Shown here: in pieces, positions 54,987 to 64,000 of the stretch | How positions within the stretch are numbered: the stretch's first letter is position 1 | How the letters are laid out: the number at the start of each line of letters is the position of its first letter | DNA from: Candidatus Saccharimonadia bacterium | GTDB taxonomy: Bacteria; Patescibacteriota; Saccharimonadia; UBA4664; SCTI01 | Length of the DNA: 64,000 nt | Direction: 5' to 3' | Assembly: GCA_046597065.1 (NCBI GenBank) | Contig: JBKJLI010000003.1 | Coordinates: 148,436 to 212,435 of the forward strand | The notes under the pieces: generated by a model | The model's input: the letters and a program-made list of their open reading frames with translations, nothing else | Database searches by the model: none | What the model was told of the DNA's origin: nothing | Program-made: the position numbers and the translations under genes

Positions 54987-55314
54987 GCGCCAGATCAGCC
55001 AGTTTAGCCAAGATGTTTATGATCTAGTAGCTAAAATACCAAAAGGGCGAGTGATGACTTACGGACAGATTGCAGCACTGGTAGGTAGTCCACGTTCAGC
55101 TATCATCATCGGTCAAATTGCCCACTGGGGCCCACCAGACTTGCCCTGGCAGCGCGTTGTAAACAAGAGCGGCGGGTTGGCCGCTGGCTATACTAGCGGA
55201 GGTCGATTGGCCCATCGTCATGATCTGGAGGCTGAGGGAGTTATTGTTAATGATAACGACACCGTGGATGTTGGGCGGTTGCTTTGGTGGCCACCCGGAG
55301 CCAAGACCGAGTGA
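54976..55314 (+). CDS. alkyltransferase-like protein (MGMT DNA-binding domain, catalytic Cys replaced by Trp)
   Basis: HTH region VMTYGQIAALVGSPRSA, then PWQRVV in place of PCHRV, as in ATL/YbaZ-type proteins. Confidence 0.7.
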   Translation: MPTKRQISQFSQDVYDLVAKIPKGRVMTYGQIAALVGSPRSAIIIGQIAHWGPPDLPWQRVVNKSGGLAAGYTSGGRLAHRHDLEAEGVIVNDNDTVDVGRLLWWPPGAKTE

Positions 55315-56180
55315 GTCAGCCGCTAATAGTGATCGTTGGGCCAACAGGGAGTGGTAAGTCGGCCTTGGCTATGCAGATTGCGCGGCAGTACCGGGGTGAA
55401 ATTATCTGTGCCGACTCACGCACAGTATATAAGGGTATGGATATTGGTACCGCCAAGCCCAGCGCAAACGACCGAGCCGAAGTGCCTCACCATTTGTTGG
55501 ATTTGGTTGAGCCTGATCAACGCTACTCGGCCGCCGAGTTTCAACGGGCTGCGGGCACCGCAATTACTGAAATTCGAAGTTGCGATCATCTACCCATCAT
55601 AGTTGGAGGTACCGGATTGTATGTTGATGCGGTTGTTTATGATTATAAATTTCCTATAGATCGGATGAGCGCAGACAGAGCGGCGCTTGAGCAGTTATCT
55701 ATAGATGAGTTGCAGTCACGCGTTGATGAGTTAGACGCGAGCTTAAACCATAGTGACTACCATAATCGGCGACGGTTGATACGTGCCATTGAAACCGATG
55801 GTCTGCCTAAAGCTAGGGGTAAAATAAGCCATAATACGTTTATGGTTGGTTTAGACGTTGTGCCGGATCAACTCGAGTCTCGCTTAACCCAACGTACAGG
55901 GCAGATGTTTGCAGATGGCATTGTAGCTGAAATAGAGGGCTTGTTGACGCGATTCGGCCCAGATGCGCAAGATTTGTCTGGGATCGGTTACCATAGCGTA
56001 ATAAAACAAATAACCGGTGAGTTACCAGAAGTTGAAGCACGCTCTGAAATTATTAAAGAATCAGTAAGTTTCGCCAAGCGACAGCGAACTTGGTTTAAGC
56101 GTAATCATGACATCCACTGGTTTAGCGATCCAACGGCTGCCAAAAAGGCCATCGCTGCCTTTATAGCAAAAGCGCTATAA
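55284..56180 (+). CDS. miaA: tRNA dimethylallyltransferase
   Basis: P-loop VIVGPTGSGKSALAMQIA, ...ICADSRTVYKGMDIGTAKPS. 298 aa. Confidence 0.9.
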   Translation: MVATRSQDRVSQPLIVIVGPTGSGKSALAMQIARQYRGEIICADSRTVYKGMDIGTAKPSANDRAEVPHHLLDLVEPDQRYSAAEFQRAAGTAITEIRSCDHLPIIVGGTGLYVDAVVYDYKFPIDRMSADRAALEQLSIDELQSRVDELDASLNHSDYHNRRRLIRAIETDGLPKARGKISHNTFMVGLDVVPDQLESRLTQRTGQMFADGIVAEIEGLLTRFGPDAQDLSGIGYHSVIKQITGELPEVEARSEIIKESVSFAKRQRTWFKRNHDIHWFSDPTAAKKAIAAFIAKAL

Positions 56181-56187
56181 TCAGAGT

Positions 56188-57558
56188 ATGCCGATCGTAA
56201 TCATCATCGCTATTGCTAAATTCATTCTACTATCTAGCCGCTTATTGGGCCGAGGGGGTGGATCAGCACTGCCCGGTTTGGTAGCCGAAAAACTCGACGC
56301 CAACCTGGGAGCCAAGCTGGCAGAGCGCATCAGCGGGGGCAGTATTATAGTAACCGGTACCAATGGAAAAACTACTACGGCCAAGATGTTAGGGCAAGTA
56401 TTAAGTGACGCCGGCGAGCAGCTAGTGGCCAACCGCGCCGGCTCTAACCTTAGTCGTGGTGTGGTTTCGGCTCTAATTGAAAACGTTGGTTGGAATGGCC
56501 AGTTTAAGCAAACACTGGGGCTGTTCGAGGTTGATGAGGCCGCCATGCCCGTCGTCTCGCGTATGCTGCAGCCTCGAGTGATTGTGGTATTAAATCTGTT
56601 TCGTGATCAGTTGGATCGCTATGGCGAACTAGATTCCACTGCCGCTCTAATTGGCAAAGGCATTGCCGCCACCGAAGCCAAACTATATCTAAATGCAGAT
56701 GACCCGTTAGTGGCAAGGTTAGGACTCTATGCTCATTCAAGCGACGCCGTGAGCTGGTTTGGGGTTGAGTCTATGGCCACCAACCAATTGCCAAGTGATG
56801 CAACCGCCGATTCCACGCTTTGCCAAGTTTGTGGCCGAGCTCTAAAGTTTAGCGTCACATACTATGGCCACATTGGGCATTACCGTTGTCCCAATGGGCA
56901 CGGGGTCAGACCCACTCCAACCGCCATTATTAACCGTGCTAAGTTAACGCCATCGGGATCGCAGTCTCAGCTACAAATCGGAGAGCTTAAAACCGATTTA
57001 ACACTGCATTTACCGGGTGCATACAATCTGTACAATGCCTTGGCTGCGGCCGCCGTTGCCAGTGGCTTAGGCATCGAAATCAACAGTCTAGCTGACTCGC
57101 TAAGTCGCACAAAAGCCGCCTTTGGCCGAGTAGAAACGGTGACGGTTGAGGGCAAGCAACTGCACTTGCTGTTAGTCAAAAATCCGACCGGCTTTAACCA
57201 AATTATTCAAACCTTTTTGTTGAATAAAAAACAACAGAACCTGCTTTTCATCATCAATGATAAGTACGCCGATGGTCGCGATGTGTCCTGGTTGTGGGAT
57301 GTGGCGCTAGAAGACATTGCCAGCCAAAATCACCGAATAAGTGTTGGTGGTTTGCGCGCCAGCGACATGGCATTGCGGCTGAAATACGCCGACATATCGA
57401 CAATCGATATTGACCCAACACTTAAATCCAGCCTGAATCAGTTTATTGCTCAATTACCGGCCGGAGGGGAGGGTTTCATAATACCAACCTATACCGCAAT
57501 GCTGGATGTTCGGCGCCGACTTGGCCGTAAAGCCAAGCTGAAGGGGACTTGGGAATGA
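56188..57558 (+). CDS. murT: lipid II isoglutaminyl synthase subunit MurT (Mur-ligase domain + Cys4 ribbon + DUF1727)
   Basis: Mur-ligase P-loop IIVTGTNGKTTTAKM. Zinc ribbon CQVCGRAL...YRCPNGH. Followed by a GATase partner overlapping by 10 nt. Confidence 0.8.
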   Translation: MPIVIIIAIAKFILLSSRLLGRGGGSALPGLVAEKLDANLGAKLAERISGGSIIVTGTNGKTTTAKMLGQVLSDAGEQLVANRAGSNLSRGVVSALIENVGWNGQFKQTLGLFEVDEAAMPVVSRMLQPRVIVVLNLFRDQLDRYGELDSTAALIGKGIAATEAKLYLNADDPLVARLGLYAHSSDAVSWFGVESMATNQLPSDATADSTLCQVCGRALKFSVTYYGHIGHYRCPNGHGVRPTPTAIINRAKLTPSGSQSQLQIGELKTDLTLHLPGAYNLYNALAAAAVASGLGIEINSLADSLSRTKAAFGRVETVTVEGKQLHLLLVKNPTGFNQIIQTFLLNKKQQNLLFIINDKYADGRDVSWLWDVALEDIASQNHRISVGGLRASDMALRLKYADISTIDIDPTLKSSLNQFIAQLPAGGEGFIIPTYTAMLDVRRRLGRKAKLKGTWE

Positions 57559-58286
57559 CCATTAAGAAACAAAAAACTGTAACTATATTGCATCTATACT
57601 CTGAAGAATTGAATATTTACGGAGATTTTGGGAATATTGCAACCTTAGTTAAGCGGCTGGAGTGGCGCGGATATAAGGTTGAGGTAAAGCGCTCGGGGAT
57701 AGGCCAAGTGGCACCAATAGCTACTGCCGATATCATTTTTGGCGGTGGGGGCCAGGACCGCGGTCAGCTGTCGGTAGGCCATGACTTGCAGCGAGACACC
57801 AAGGCATTACATTCAGCGGTTAAAGGCGGAGTACCAGCACTTGTAATTTGTGGTACGTACCAGCTCTTTGGCCGCGGGTTTACTACATCAGACGGTGAGG
57901 TAATTCCCGGAATCGGATTGTTCCAAGCTAGTACGATAGGTTCTGATAAAAGGATGATCGGTAACGCCATTGTTGAGTCGCCATTTGGACGGTTGGTCGG
58001 ATTTGAAAATCACAGCGGACGAACTTTACTAGAAGAGGGTCAGTTGCCGTTAGGCAAAGTGCTGCAAGGCTATGGCAACGATGGTCGAAGTGGCCAGGAG
58101 GGTGCTATTGTAAACAATTTGATTGGCACCTATTTGCATGGCCCGGTGCTACCAAAAAATCCGGCGTTGGCCGATCACTTGATTAAAATCGCACTCGAAC
58201 GCAAGTTTGGGATTACCAAGTTGGTCCAGCTAGACGACGACTTGGAACATAGGGCAGCAGCTGTGGCCGCCAAGCGTCCACGCTAG
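57549..58286 (+). CDS. gatD: lipid II isoglutaminyl synthase glutaminase subunit GatD (CobB/CobQ-like GATase)
   Basis: 245 aa. Catalytic Cys in LVICGTYQLFG. His near the C-terminus (YLHGP). Confidence 0.75.
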   Translation: MGMTIKKQKTVTILHLYSEELNIYGDFGNIATLVKRLEWRGYKVEVKRSGIGQVAPIATADIIFGGGGQDRGQLSVGHDLQRDTKALHSAVKGGVPALVICGTYQLFGRGFTTSDGEVIPGIGLFQASTIGSDKRMIGNAIVESPFGRLVGFENHSGRTLLEEGQLPLGKVLQGYGNDGRSGQEGAIVNNLIGTYLHGPVLPKNPALADHLIKIALERKFGITKLVQLDDDLEHRAAAVAAKRPR

Positions 58287-58351
58287 TTAAAGTAACCATC
58301 AGTCTCCCAGATATAGACAACCATAAGCATAAGCGCTAAGATGACGCTAAG

Positions 58352-59770
58352 ATGAGTCATCAGTCGCCCAAAGCCAAGCCGAACTTGGAGACCAACTTAG
58401 AATCTGAAGCTATTCAGATGGTAGACGCAGTTGGCGATGAGCTACGCCATGAGGCCGACGTCATAAAAACCCGGGTGGTTGAAAACCAATCACGGTTTAA
58501 TCGTTTTTTACGCATACTTGGCCCAGGCCTAATTACAGGTGCAGCCGATGACGATCCCTCGGGCATTGCAACCTACTCGCAGGCGGGAGCGCAGTTCGGC
58601 CTGCAAATGGCCTGGGTGCTCTGGTTTACGCTGCCCATGCAAGTGGCGGTGCAAGAGGCCTGCGCTCGAATTGGTGCTGTTAGTGGTAAAGGCCTGGCCA
58701 CAATCATTCGCGAGCACTACTCGCGGCCAGTATTGTTCTTTGCGGTTGGTCTAACCGTAGCCGCCAACTTGCTAAACATTGGCGCCGACATTGGCGCCAT
58801 GGGCGCGGCCGTCCAGTTAGTCTTTCCTCAAATTCCGTTTGTTGCCATCACGCTCGTATTTACAATTTGCGTGCTGATGCTTGAGATATTTACCTCATAC
58901 CGTACCTACACCAAGTTACTTAAGTGGTTAGCCATTGCGCTGTTGGCTTATCCGGTGACCGCCATTATTGCAAACCTTAACTGGGGTGAGGTCTTACATT
59001 ACAGTGTTGTGCCGCAGATAAATCTAAGCCCAGAGTTTCTATTTTTGATTGTTGGCGTACTCGGTACTACCATTTCCCCGTATCTGTTCTTTTGGCAAAC
59101 TTCGGAGTTGGTCGAAGAAGAGATTGCCGAACACCGCCTGGCTCAGCGTGGTGGTATCCCGCGATTGAGCAATGTTTTCTTGCGTAGAATGCGGATCGAT
59201 AACTTTGTTGGGATGCTGTTTTCGGCTATGGCTGCTTGGTTCATCATCATTACCACTGCAGGCGTTTTAAACTCACATGGCATCACTAACATCCAAACCT
59301 CAGCCGATGCCGCTCGAGCATTAGAGCCGCTAGTACAGGGATTTCCAGCTGCCGGGCTGATAGCCAAACTGATCTTTGCAGTTGGCATCATCGGACTGGG
59401 CTTGTTGGCCGTACCGGTACTTGCCGGCAGTAGTGCCTATGCTTTTTGCGGAGCCTTTGGTTGGCATGAAGGCTTATATCGCAAACTGCGAAAGGCTCAG
59501 ACATTTTATGCCATGATTGCCATCGCTACTTTGGCCGGTTTGTTGTTCAACTTTAGTGGGGTCGATCCCATTAAAGCGTTGGTGTACACCGCTGTGTTCA
59601 ACGGCTTGGCAGCTGTGCCGTTGTTATTTCTCATTTCTAGAATCGCCAAGAATCCCGGAGTGATGGGGCCGCACGTTAGTGGTAAGTTATCAAAGTTTTT
59701 CGTGATGTTGGCGTTTTTACTGATGGCGATAGCCGCTACCGCCATGATTATCAGTTTTATTAAGTTTTAA
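58352..59770 (+). CDS. mntH: NRAMP-family divalent metal (Mn2+/Fe2+) transporter
   Basis: LGPGLITGAADDDPSGIATYSQAGAQFG, the NRAMP signature. ~11 TM helices. 472 aa. Confidence 0.85.
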   Translation: MSHQSPKAKPNLETNLESEAIQMVDAVGDELRHEADVIKTRVVENQSRFNRFLRILGPGLITGAADDDPSGIATYSQAGAQFGLQMAWVLWFTLPMQVAVQEACARIGAVSGKGLATIIREHYSRPVLFFAVGLTVAANLLNIGADIGAMGAAVQLVFPQIPFVAITLVFTICVLMLEIFTSYRTYTKLLKWLAIALLAYPVTAIIANLNWGEVLHYSVVPQINLSPEFLFLIVGVLGTTISPYLFFWQTSELVEEEIAEHRLAQRGGIPRLSNVFLRRMRIDNFVGMLFSAMAAWFIIITTAGVLNSHGITNIQTSADAARALEPLVQGFPAAGLIAKLIFAVGIIGLGLLAVPVLAGSSAYAFCGAFGWHEGLYRKLRKAQTFYAMIAIATLAGLLFNFSGVDPIKALVYTAVFNGLAAVPLLFLISRIAKNPGVMGPHVSGKLSKFFVMLAFLLMAIAATAMIISFIKF

Positions 59771-59850
59771 TTAGGCCAAACCAGCTAGGGTCAAAAACCG
59801 GCTTCTGCTATAATCATTTTCAGCACTAACCGTTGGAATGAGGACGCAAA

Positions 59851-60516
59851 TTGTTCGAACATCTGTTTGGTTCAAAGACCCGAGTAAAGTTATTAAGTCT
59901 ATTTCTTAATAATCCTAATCGACCGTTTTATGTCCGCGAAATCACCCGAAAGGTAGATGAGCAGATAAACTCAGTACGTCGTGAATTATCAAATTTACTG
60001 GCTATCGGAATTGTCCGCTCATCCGGGGCCAACAACAAGCTATATTATGAGGTTAACCAAGAATATCAGTTTTATGCTCCTTTGCGCGCTATCTTTACTA
60101 ACGTGGTTCGCAACCAGCCAGAGCTCAAAGACACCGGCGAGGACCAAGAATTAATTAAGCAATTAAGGACCGCCGGTAACCTCCAATTAGCTTTTCAAAC
60201 TGGACGTTTTGTACGCGACGATAATTCTGGTACCGACCTTTTCATTATGGGTGATGTAAACCGTACCAGAGTATCAAAGATAGTGGGGGAAATGGAAAAA
60301 GAGCTGGGCCACGAAATCAATTTCACAATCATGACACCGGAAGAGTATGGCTATCGCATGCGCTTAAACGACCGCTTTTTACTAGGTGTACTCGAGTCTA
60401 AGAAGATTGTTCTAGTTGATGAGACCAATACTAAAATTAAGCAGGCCCCAGCCATGCTCACCGATGACATCGCCGAAACGGCTGTTCCGGTAGAGGTGCA
60501 GGGCGCCACCTCATAA
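59851..60516 (+). CDS. hypothetical protein with N-terminal winged-helix domain
   Basis: 221 aa. The N-terminus KTRVKLLSLFLNNPNRPFYVREITRKVDEQINSVRRELSNLLAIGIV is wHTH-like. The C-terminal domain is unassigned. Confidence 0.45.
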   Translation: MFEHLFGSKTRVKLLSLFLNNPNRPFYVREITRKVDEQINSVRRELSNLLAIGIVRSSGANNKLYYEVNQEYQFYAPLRAIFTNVVRNQPELKDTGEDQELIKQLRTAGNLQLAFQTGRFVRDDNSGTDLFIMGDVNRTRVSKIVGEMEKELGHEINFTIMTPEEYGYRMRLNDRFLLGVLESKKIVLVDETNTKIKQAPAMLTDDIAETAVPVEVQGATS

Positions 60517-60550
60517 ACCCGTTCTCTCGATAAGTTAAGGAAGGAAGATC

Positions 60551-61180
60551 ATGGAAATCTCATTTTTAGGCGAAAATAGCATTCGTATTACTGGCAAAGA
60601 TCTAGCCATTATTTGTGACCCCGTTAGCACCAAGAGTGGGTTGGCTACTAGTAAGACCACCAACGAGGTTACACTACTTTCAGTTGCTACCGAGTCGAAT
60701 TCGGGCGAAAAGACCGGCATGGTGATTGATGGGCCAGGGGAGTATGAAGTTAAGGGGGCTGCGATTACCGGTGTGCCAGCCCAACTACATATTGATGAAA
60801 ATGGTCATCGTAGTACCATTTATGCCATTAGCGTAGATGGTATTCAGGTAGCCTACTTGGGCAATATTGCTCCGGAGTTATCGAATCTACAGGTTGAGGC
60901 GTTAGGCGAGGTGGATGTCTTAGTTTTGCCGGTTGGGGGCCATGGCTTTACGCTCGATGCCACTGCTGCAGCAAAAATCATCAGCCAGCTTGAGCCAAAG
61001 TATGTTATTCCGACTCACTTCGATGACGGCAAAACCAAGTTTGAGGTACCTCAAGATAAGCTCGAAGTCTTACATAAAGAGATTGGCGCTAGCCCTGAGC
61101 CACAGGCCAAACTTCGCCTTACCACCAAAGACCTGCCGCTAGAGACCCAGGTTGTAGAACTTGTGGCCCAGCCGGCCTAG
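60551..61180 (+). CDS. metallo-beta-lactamase-fold metal-dependent hydrolase (UPF0173-like)
   Basis: 209 aa. MBL-like strand/metal-ligand pattern (...VLVLPVGGHGFTLDA...VIPTHFDD). Confidence 0.55.
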   Translation: MEISFLGENSIRITGKDLAIICDPVSTKSGLATSKTTNEVTLLSVATESNSGEKTGMVIDGPGEYEVKGAAITGVPAQLHIDENGHRSTIYAISVDGIQVAYLGNIAPELSNLQVEALGEVDVLVLPVGGHGFTLDATAAAKIISQLEPKYVIPTHFDDGKTKFEVPQDKLEVLHKEIGASPEPQAKLRLTTKDLPLETQVVELVAQPA

Positions 61181-61271
61181 CAAGCATTAAGCAGACTCTT
61201 AAATTTACGTATTATGGCAAAAAAGTAGAGTCCCCGAAGGGACTCTGGAAATTATTCTAGGCCGAGCCAAT

Positions 61272-61547
61272 TTATTTTGCAAGCACTTTTTCGGGGGACT
61301 TTTCGGCTGGGGTTTTAGTAGTGGACTTTTCGGCTGCAACTGCGGCCTTGGCAGCAGCTTCGCGGTCGTACTTAGCCAATGTACGCATGCACTGAGTACA
61401 GATCTTTACCCGCACTTTGGTGCCGTCGACTTCTAGGTGGGTACGCTGAAGATTCGGCTTCCACACCTTGTTCGTCTTCTTTTGTGAGAAGGGAACGTTG
61501 TGACCGAACTGTTTGCCTTTACCGCAGATTTCGCAACTATACGCCAT
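61272..61547 (-). CDS. rpmB: 50S ribosomal protein L28 (with Ala/Lys-rich C-terminal extension)
   Basis: MAYSCEICGKGKQFGHNVPFSQKKTNKVWKPNLQ, the bL28 zinc-ribbon core. Confidence 0.85.
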   Translation of the reverse strand: MAYSCEICGKGKQFGHNVPFSQKKTNKVWKPNLQRTHLEVDGTKVRVKICTQCMRTLAKYDREAAAKAAVAAEKSTTKTPAEKSPEKVLAK

Positions 61548-61593
61548 GCGTTGATTCCGTAATTAACCCAGGTATCCTATCAAATATCAGGTT

Positions 61594-62262
61594 GTGGGTC
61601 AACCTATTAGCCTGCTATTTGTTATCATCTTAGTAATGAATATCATCTATCTAATCATTGCCCTCATTAGCGCCCTAACATTGCATGAGTTTGCCCATGC
61701 CTGGGCGGGCGACCGCCTTGGTGATGATACCGCTCGTAAGCACGGCCGCCTTACCCTAAACCCGGCCTCTCATATCGACCCGTTTACCACCTTAGCGTTG
61801 CCGATACTATTAATTCTGCTTCATTCCCCGGTAATTTTTGGCGCTGCCCGCCCGGTGCCATTCAACCCATGGGCTGTGCGCTACCAAAAGTGGGGAGTCG
61901 CCCTAGTGGCTGCTGCCGGGCCGTTAATGAATTTAGCGCTGGCCATCTTCTTTGCCATGTGGCTGCGGTTTATACCGGTGTCGGTCAGCATTATCCCGTT
62001 ATTCATCTCGATCATTTCTGTAAATATTGCCTTTGCGGTATTTAACTTAATCCCGATCCCGCCGCTTGATGGCTCGCGCATCCTTTACGCCGCTGCCCCA
62101 GCCGGGCTACGCAACGCTATGGACAACTTAGAGCGCAACGGCATAGTTGTTATATTCGTGCTGTTATTTGTGGCTGCGCCGGTAATTATGCCACTGCTTG
62201 GTGATATCATTGGCACCATCATGGGTTGGTTGGTTCCCGGCCTCAGCGGTCTATCGACTTAA
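61594..62262 (+). CDS. site-2-protease-family (M50-like) membrane metalloprotease
   Basis: HEFAHAWAGDRLGDDTARKHGRLTLNPASHIDPFTT (HExxH ... LNP.HIDP) in a 5-6 TM protein. Confidence 0.75.
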   Translation: MGQPISLLFVIILVMNIIYLIIALISALTLHEFAHAWAGDRLGDDTARKHGRLTLNPASHIDPFTTLALPILLILLHSPVIFGAARPVPFNPWAVRYQKWGVALVAAAGPLMNLALAIFFAMWLRFIPVSVSIIPLFISIISVNIAFAVFNLIPIPPLDGSRILYAAAPAGLRNAMDNLERNGIVVIFVLLFVAAPVIMPLLGDIIGTIMGWLVPGLSGLST

Positions 62263-62476
62263 TCGTCTAGCCCCATTTCATCAGAAAAGCTATACTTACA
62301 ATAGCTCTGCTGCATTGGTTAGGGCCGGTAATTTTTTCCTGTATGAGTTTTACTTGGGAGCCTTAGATTGGCTGTCGCTTTGGCCTCAGACCTGCGGGCA
62401 CCCACCTGCGTTATGCGCGGGAAAAGAACTCCAGGCCCAACCATGCAGGCGGAGTAGATCTAATAATAATAATTCC

Positions 62477-62552
62477 TGGTCGGGGTGACAGGACTTGAAC
62501 CTGCGACCTCCCGGCCCCCAGCCGGACGCGCTACCAACTGCGCCACACCCCG
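62477..62552 (-). tRNA. tRNA-Pro (anticodon GGG)
   Basis: Manual fold: acceptor CGGGGTG/CACCCCG, D-arm GCGC-AGTTGGTA-GCGC, anticodon loop CTGGGGG, T-arm GCAGG-TTCAAGT-CCTGT, CCA encoded. Confidence 0.75.
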
Positions 62553-62635
62553 TCGCTAACTCGACAACATTCATCCTAGCAGATTGAATCACGTGCGAGT
62601 AGGGTTCTACTACTAGCTAATCAAGAGGAAATAAA

Positions 62636-63019
62636 ATGCTTAAACCATTCCTAATCTCCCTGGCAGTTTTTATGGCCATCGACTTCACCTGGATTGGTCT
62701 GGTCGCCAATAAATTTTATCGTACCCAGATCGGTTTTTTGCTAAAGGATCGGTTCGATATGGTCGCGGCCGTTTCATTTTATCTCATCTTTCTAATTGGC
62801 CTGTTGGTGTTTGTGATTAAGCCGGCCATCGACAACAATAGTGTTCAGCAGGCTGTCACAATGGGCGCACTGTTTGGCTTAGTTACATATGCCACCTACG
62901 ACCTTACTAATTTGGCTACGGTTAAAGACTGGCCACTTACCCTAACTTTTGTTGATTTAGCCTGGGGAACGGTACTTTCGGCAGCCGTTGCTGGCATCAC
63001 TGTAGCACTTAGCATATGA
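62636..63019 (+). CDS. DUF2177-family membrane protein
   Basis: 127 aa, 4 TM helices, sequence pattern typical of DUF2177. Confidence 0.5.
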   Translation: MLKPFLISLAVFMAIDFTWIGLVANKFYRTQIGFLLKDRFDMVAAVSFYLIFLIGLLVFVIKPAIDNNSVQQAVTMGALFGLVTYATYDLTNLATVKDWPLTLTFVDLAWGTVLSAAVAGITVALSI

Positions 63020-63789
63020 CACTTTTACAACATCTAGCCATTAACGCAGCAGCCATTTTGGCCTATATGAGTATTTGGTTTATTGTTGGCCGCCGGCTCA
63101 AACGGTTGGATGTGGCTGATACGGCTTGGGGTGGGGGATTTGTGCTGATTGCCATTGTAGGATTGATATTGAACCCTACCAATCACATGGTTTTAATCAC
63201 CTGTTTAGTTTTAATTTGGGGTGCTAGACTGGCCAATCATATCTGGAAACGCAATCATGGCAAGACCCAGCAAGATCCTCGATATACGGCATTAAGCGCC
63301 CAGTGGAAGACCAACTTTTGGTTGCGCGCATACACTACCGTTTTTTTACTTCAGGGCGCATTAGTACTGCTAGTAGGCATGTCGATTACCACGGCATCAG
63401 CTGCACCGGCTACCAGCCTTGGTTTGTTGGCTTTGCTAGGTGTAATCGTTTGGGTAGCTGGCTTTATTACAGAATCTGCAGCCGACCACCAGCTAAAAAA
63501 GTTCGTATCAACCGCTACAAACAAAGGTAAGATTCTTGATACCGGGCTGTGGCGCTTTAGCCGCCATCCCAACTATTTTGGCGAGGTGGTGCAATGGTGG
63601 GGTATTTGGCTAATTGCCGCCGAACTGCCTAACGCATTATTAGGATTAATCGGCCCGATCACTATCACAGTTTTGATCCTATTTGTCTCAGGTATCCCAC
63701 TGCTAGAGCGCCGCTATAAAGACGATGCGGCCTACCAGTTATATGCTCGACGCACCAGCATGTTTATCCCACTGCCGCCACGAACTTAA
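63016..63789 (+). CDS. DUF1295 / steroid-5-alpha-reductase-ICMT-like membrane protein
   Basis: C-terminal LWRFSRHPNYFGEVVQWWGIW motif. ~7 TM helices. Confidence 0.7.
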   Translation: MTLLQHLAINAAAILAYMSIWFIVGRRLKRLDVADTAWGGGFVLIAIVGLILNPTNHMVLITCLVLIWGARLANHIWKRNHGKTQQDPRYTALSAQWKTNFWLRAYTTVFLLQGALVLLVGMSITTASAAPATSLGLLALLGVIVWVAGFITESAADHQLKKFVSTATNKGKILDTGLWRFSRHPNYFGEVVQWWGIWLIAAELPNALLGLIGPITITVLILFVSGIPLLERRYKDDAAYQLYARRTSMFIPLPPRT

Positions 63790-63835
63790 ACAATATCTGT
63801 TAACCCGAGTATAATGAACCAATCATGGCAGAGTT

Positions 63836-64000
63836 AATTAACGCACTGACGCCCCAGGCGGAACTCATCATCAATACTGACGGCGGATCGAGGGGTAACC
63901 CCGGTCCATCGGCAATTGGTGTGGTGATTTCTGACACCTCTGGAGACCATCTTGAGTCTTTTGGTGAATACATTGGCGAAACCACCAACAACCAAGCCGA
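63836..64000 (+). CDS. rnhA: ribonuclease HI, N-terminal part (runs off window)
   Basis: MAELINALTPQAELIINTDGGSRGNPGPSAIGVVI, the RNase H DGGxRGNPGP signature. The overlapping minus-strand ORF is rejected. Confidence 0.75.

Noticed and set aside
63800-63991. 63-aa minus-strand ORF
   Set aside because: It overlaps the clear rnhA N-terminus (DGGSRGNPGP) on the + strand.

Overview
This 64-kb window has a moderate-GC backbone with sharply GC-rich and AT-rich patches. It carries no biosynthetic operons, but many translation and cell-envelope genes and a complete Gram-positive-type type IV pilus locus. This is consistent with a small-genome monoderm or CPR/Saccharibacteria-like bacterium; that taxonomic guess is inference only.

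Main content in order:
- ssb (3' end), rpsR, efp, tlyA, ychF (on the minus strand), then a phd-doc toxin-antitoxin pair.
- A secreted metzincin-type protease and an M16 peptidase in an AT-rich patch.
- A GC-rich block encoding a small secreted protein and a 1080-aa secreted protein.
- A T4P locus: pilM-pilN-pilO, a small membrane protein, pilB-pilT-pilC, then pilA under its own strong promoter and terminator, pilD and four minor pilins. One minor pilin carries a PA14-like domain and a (GGCGAC)n/(GGN)n simple-sequence tract.
- A convergent XerC/D-type recombinase abutting an orphan terminator hairpin and a tRNA/tmRNA-like 3' fragment.
- Envelope and housekeeping genes: O-antigen-ligase/TPR protein, uppP, dedA, a second M16 peptidase, ndk, a parvulin (PrsA-like), a GT2 synthase with QxxRW, a WecA/MraY-family transferase, rplY, nrdR, a SRAP (YedK-like) gene, a Y-family polymerase, thrS, miaA, murT-gatD, an NRAMP transporter, rpmB and the start of rnhA.
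- Eight tRNAs: Arg-CCT, Asp-GTC, Gly-CCC, Thr-CGT, Val-GAC, Val-CAC, Pro-GGG.

The most unusual element is a compact 324-aa minus-strand reverse transcriptase at 31260..32234. It has YVDD and a DGR-type GxxxSQ motif 4. Directly upstream lies a ~360-bp GC-rich, hairpin-dense noncoding stretch. No cognate variable repeat or adjacent Avd was found, although a PF05635 Avd-like four-helix-bundle gene sits 12 kb away.

Several GC-rich minus-strand hypothetical genes sit next to tRNA genes. No rRNA and no CRISPR array were seen.
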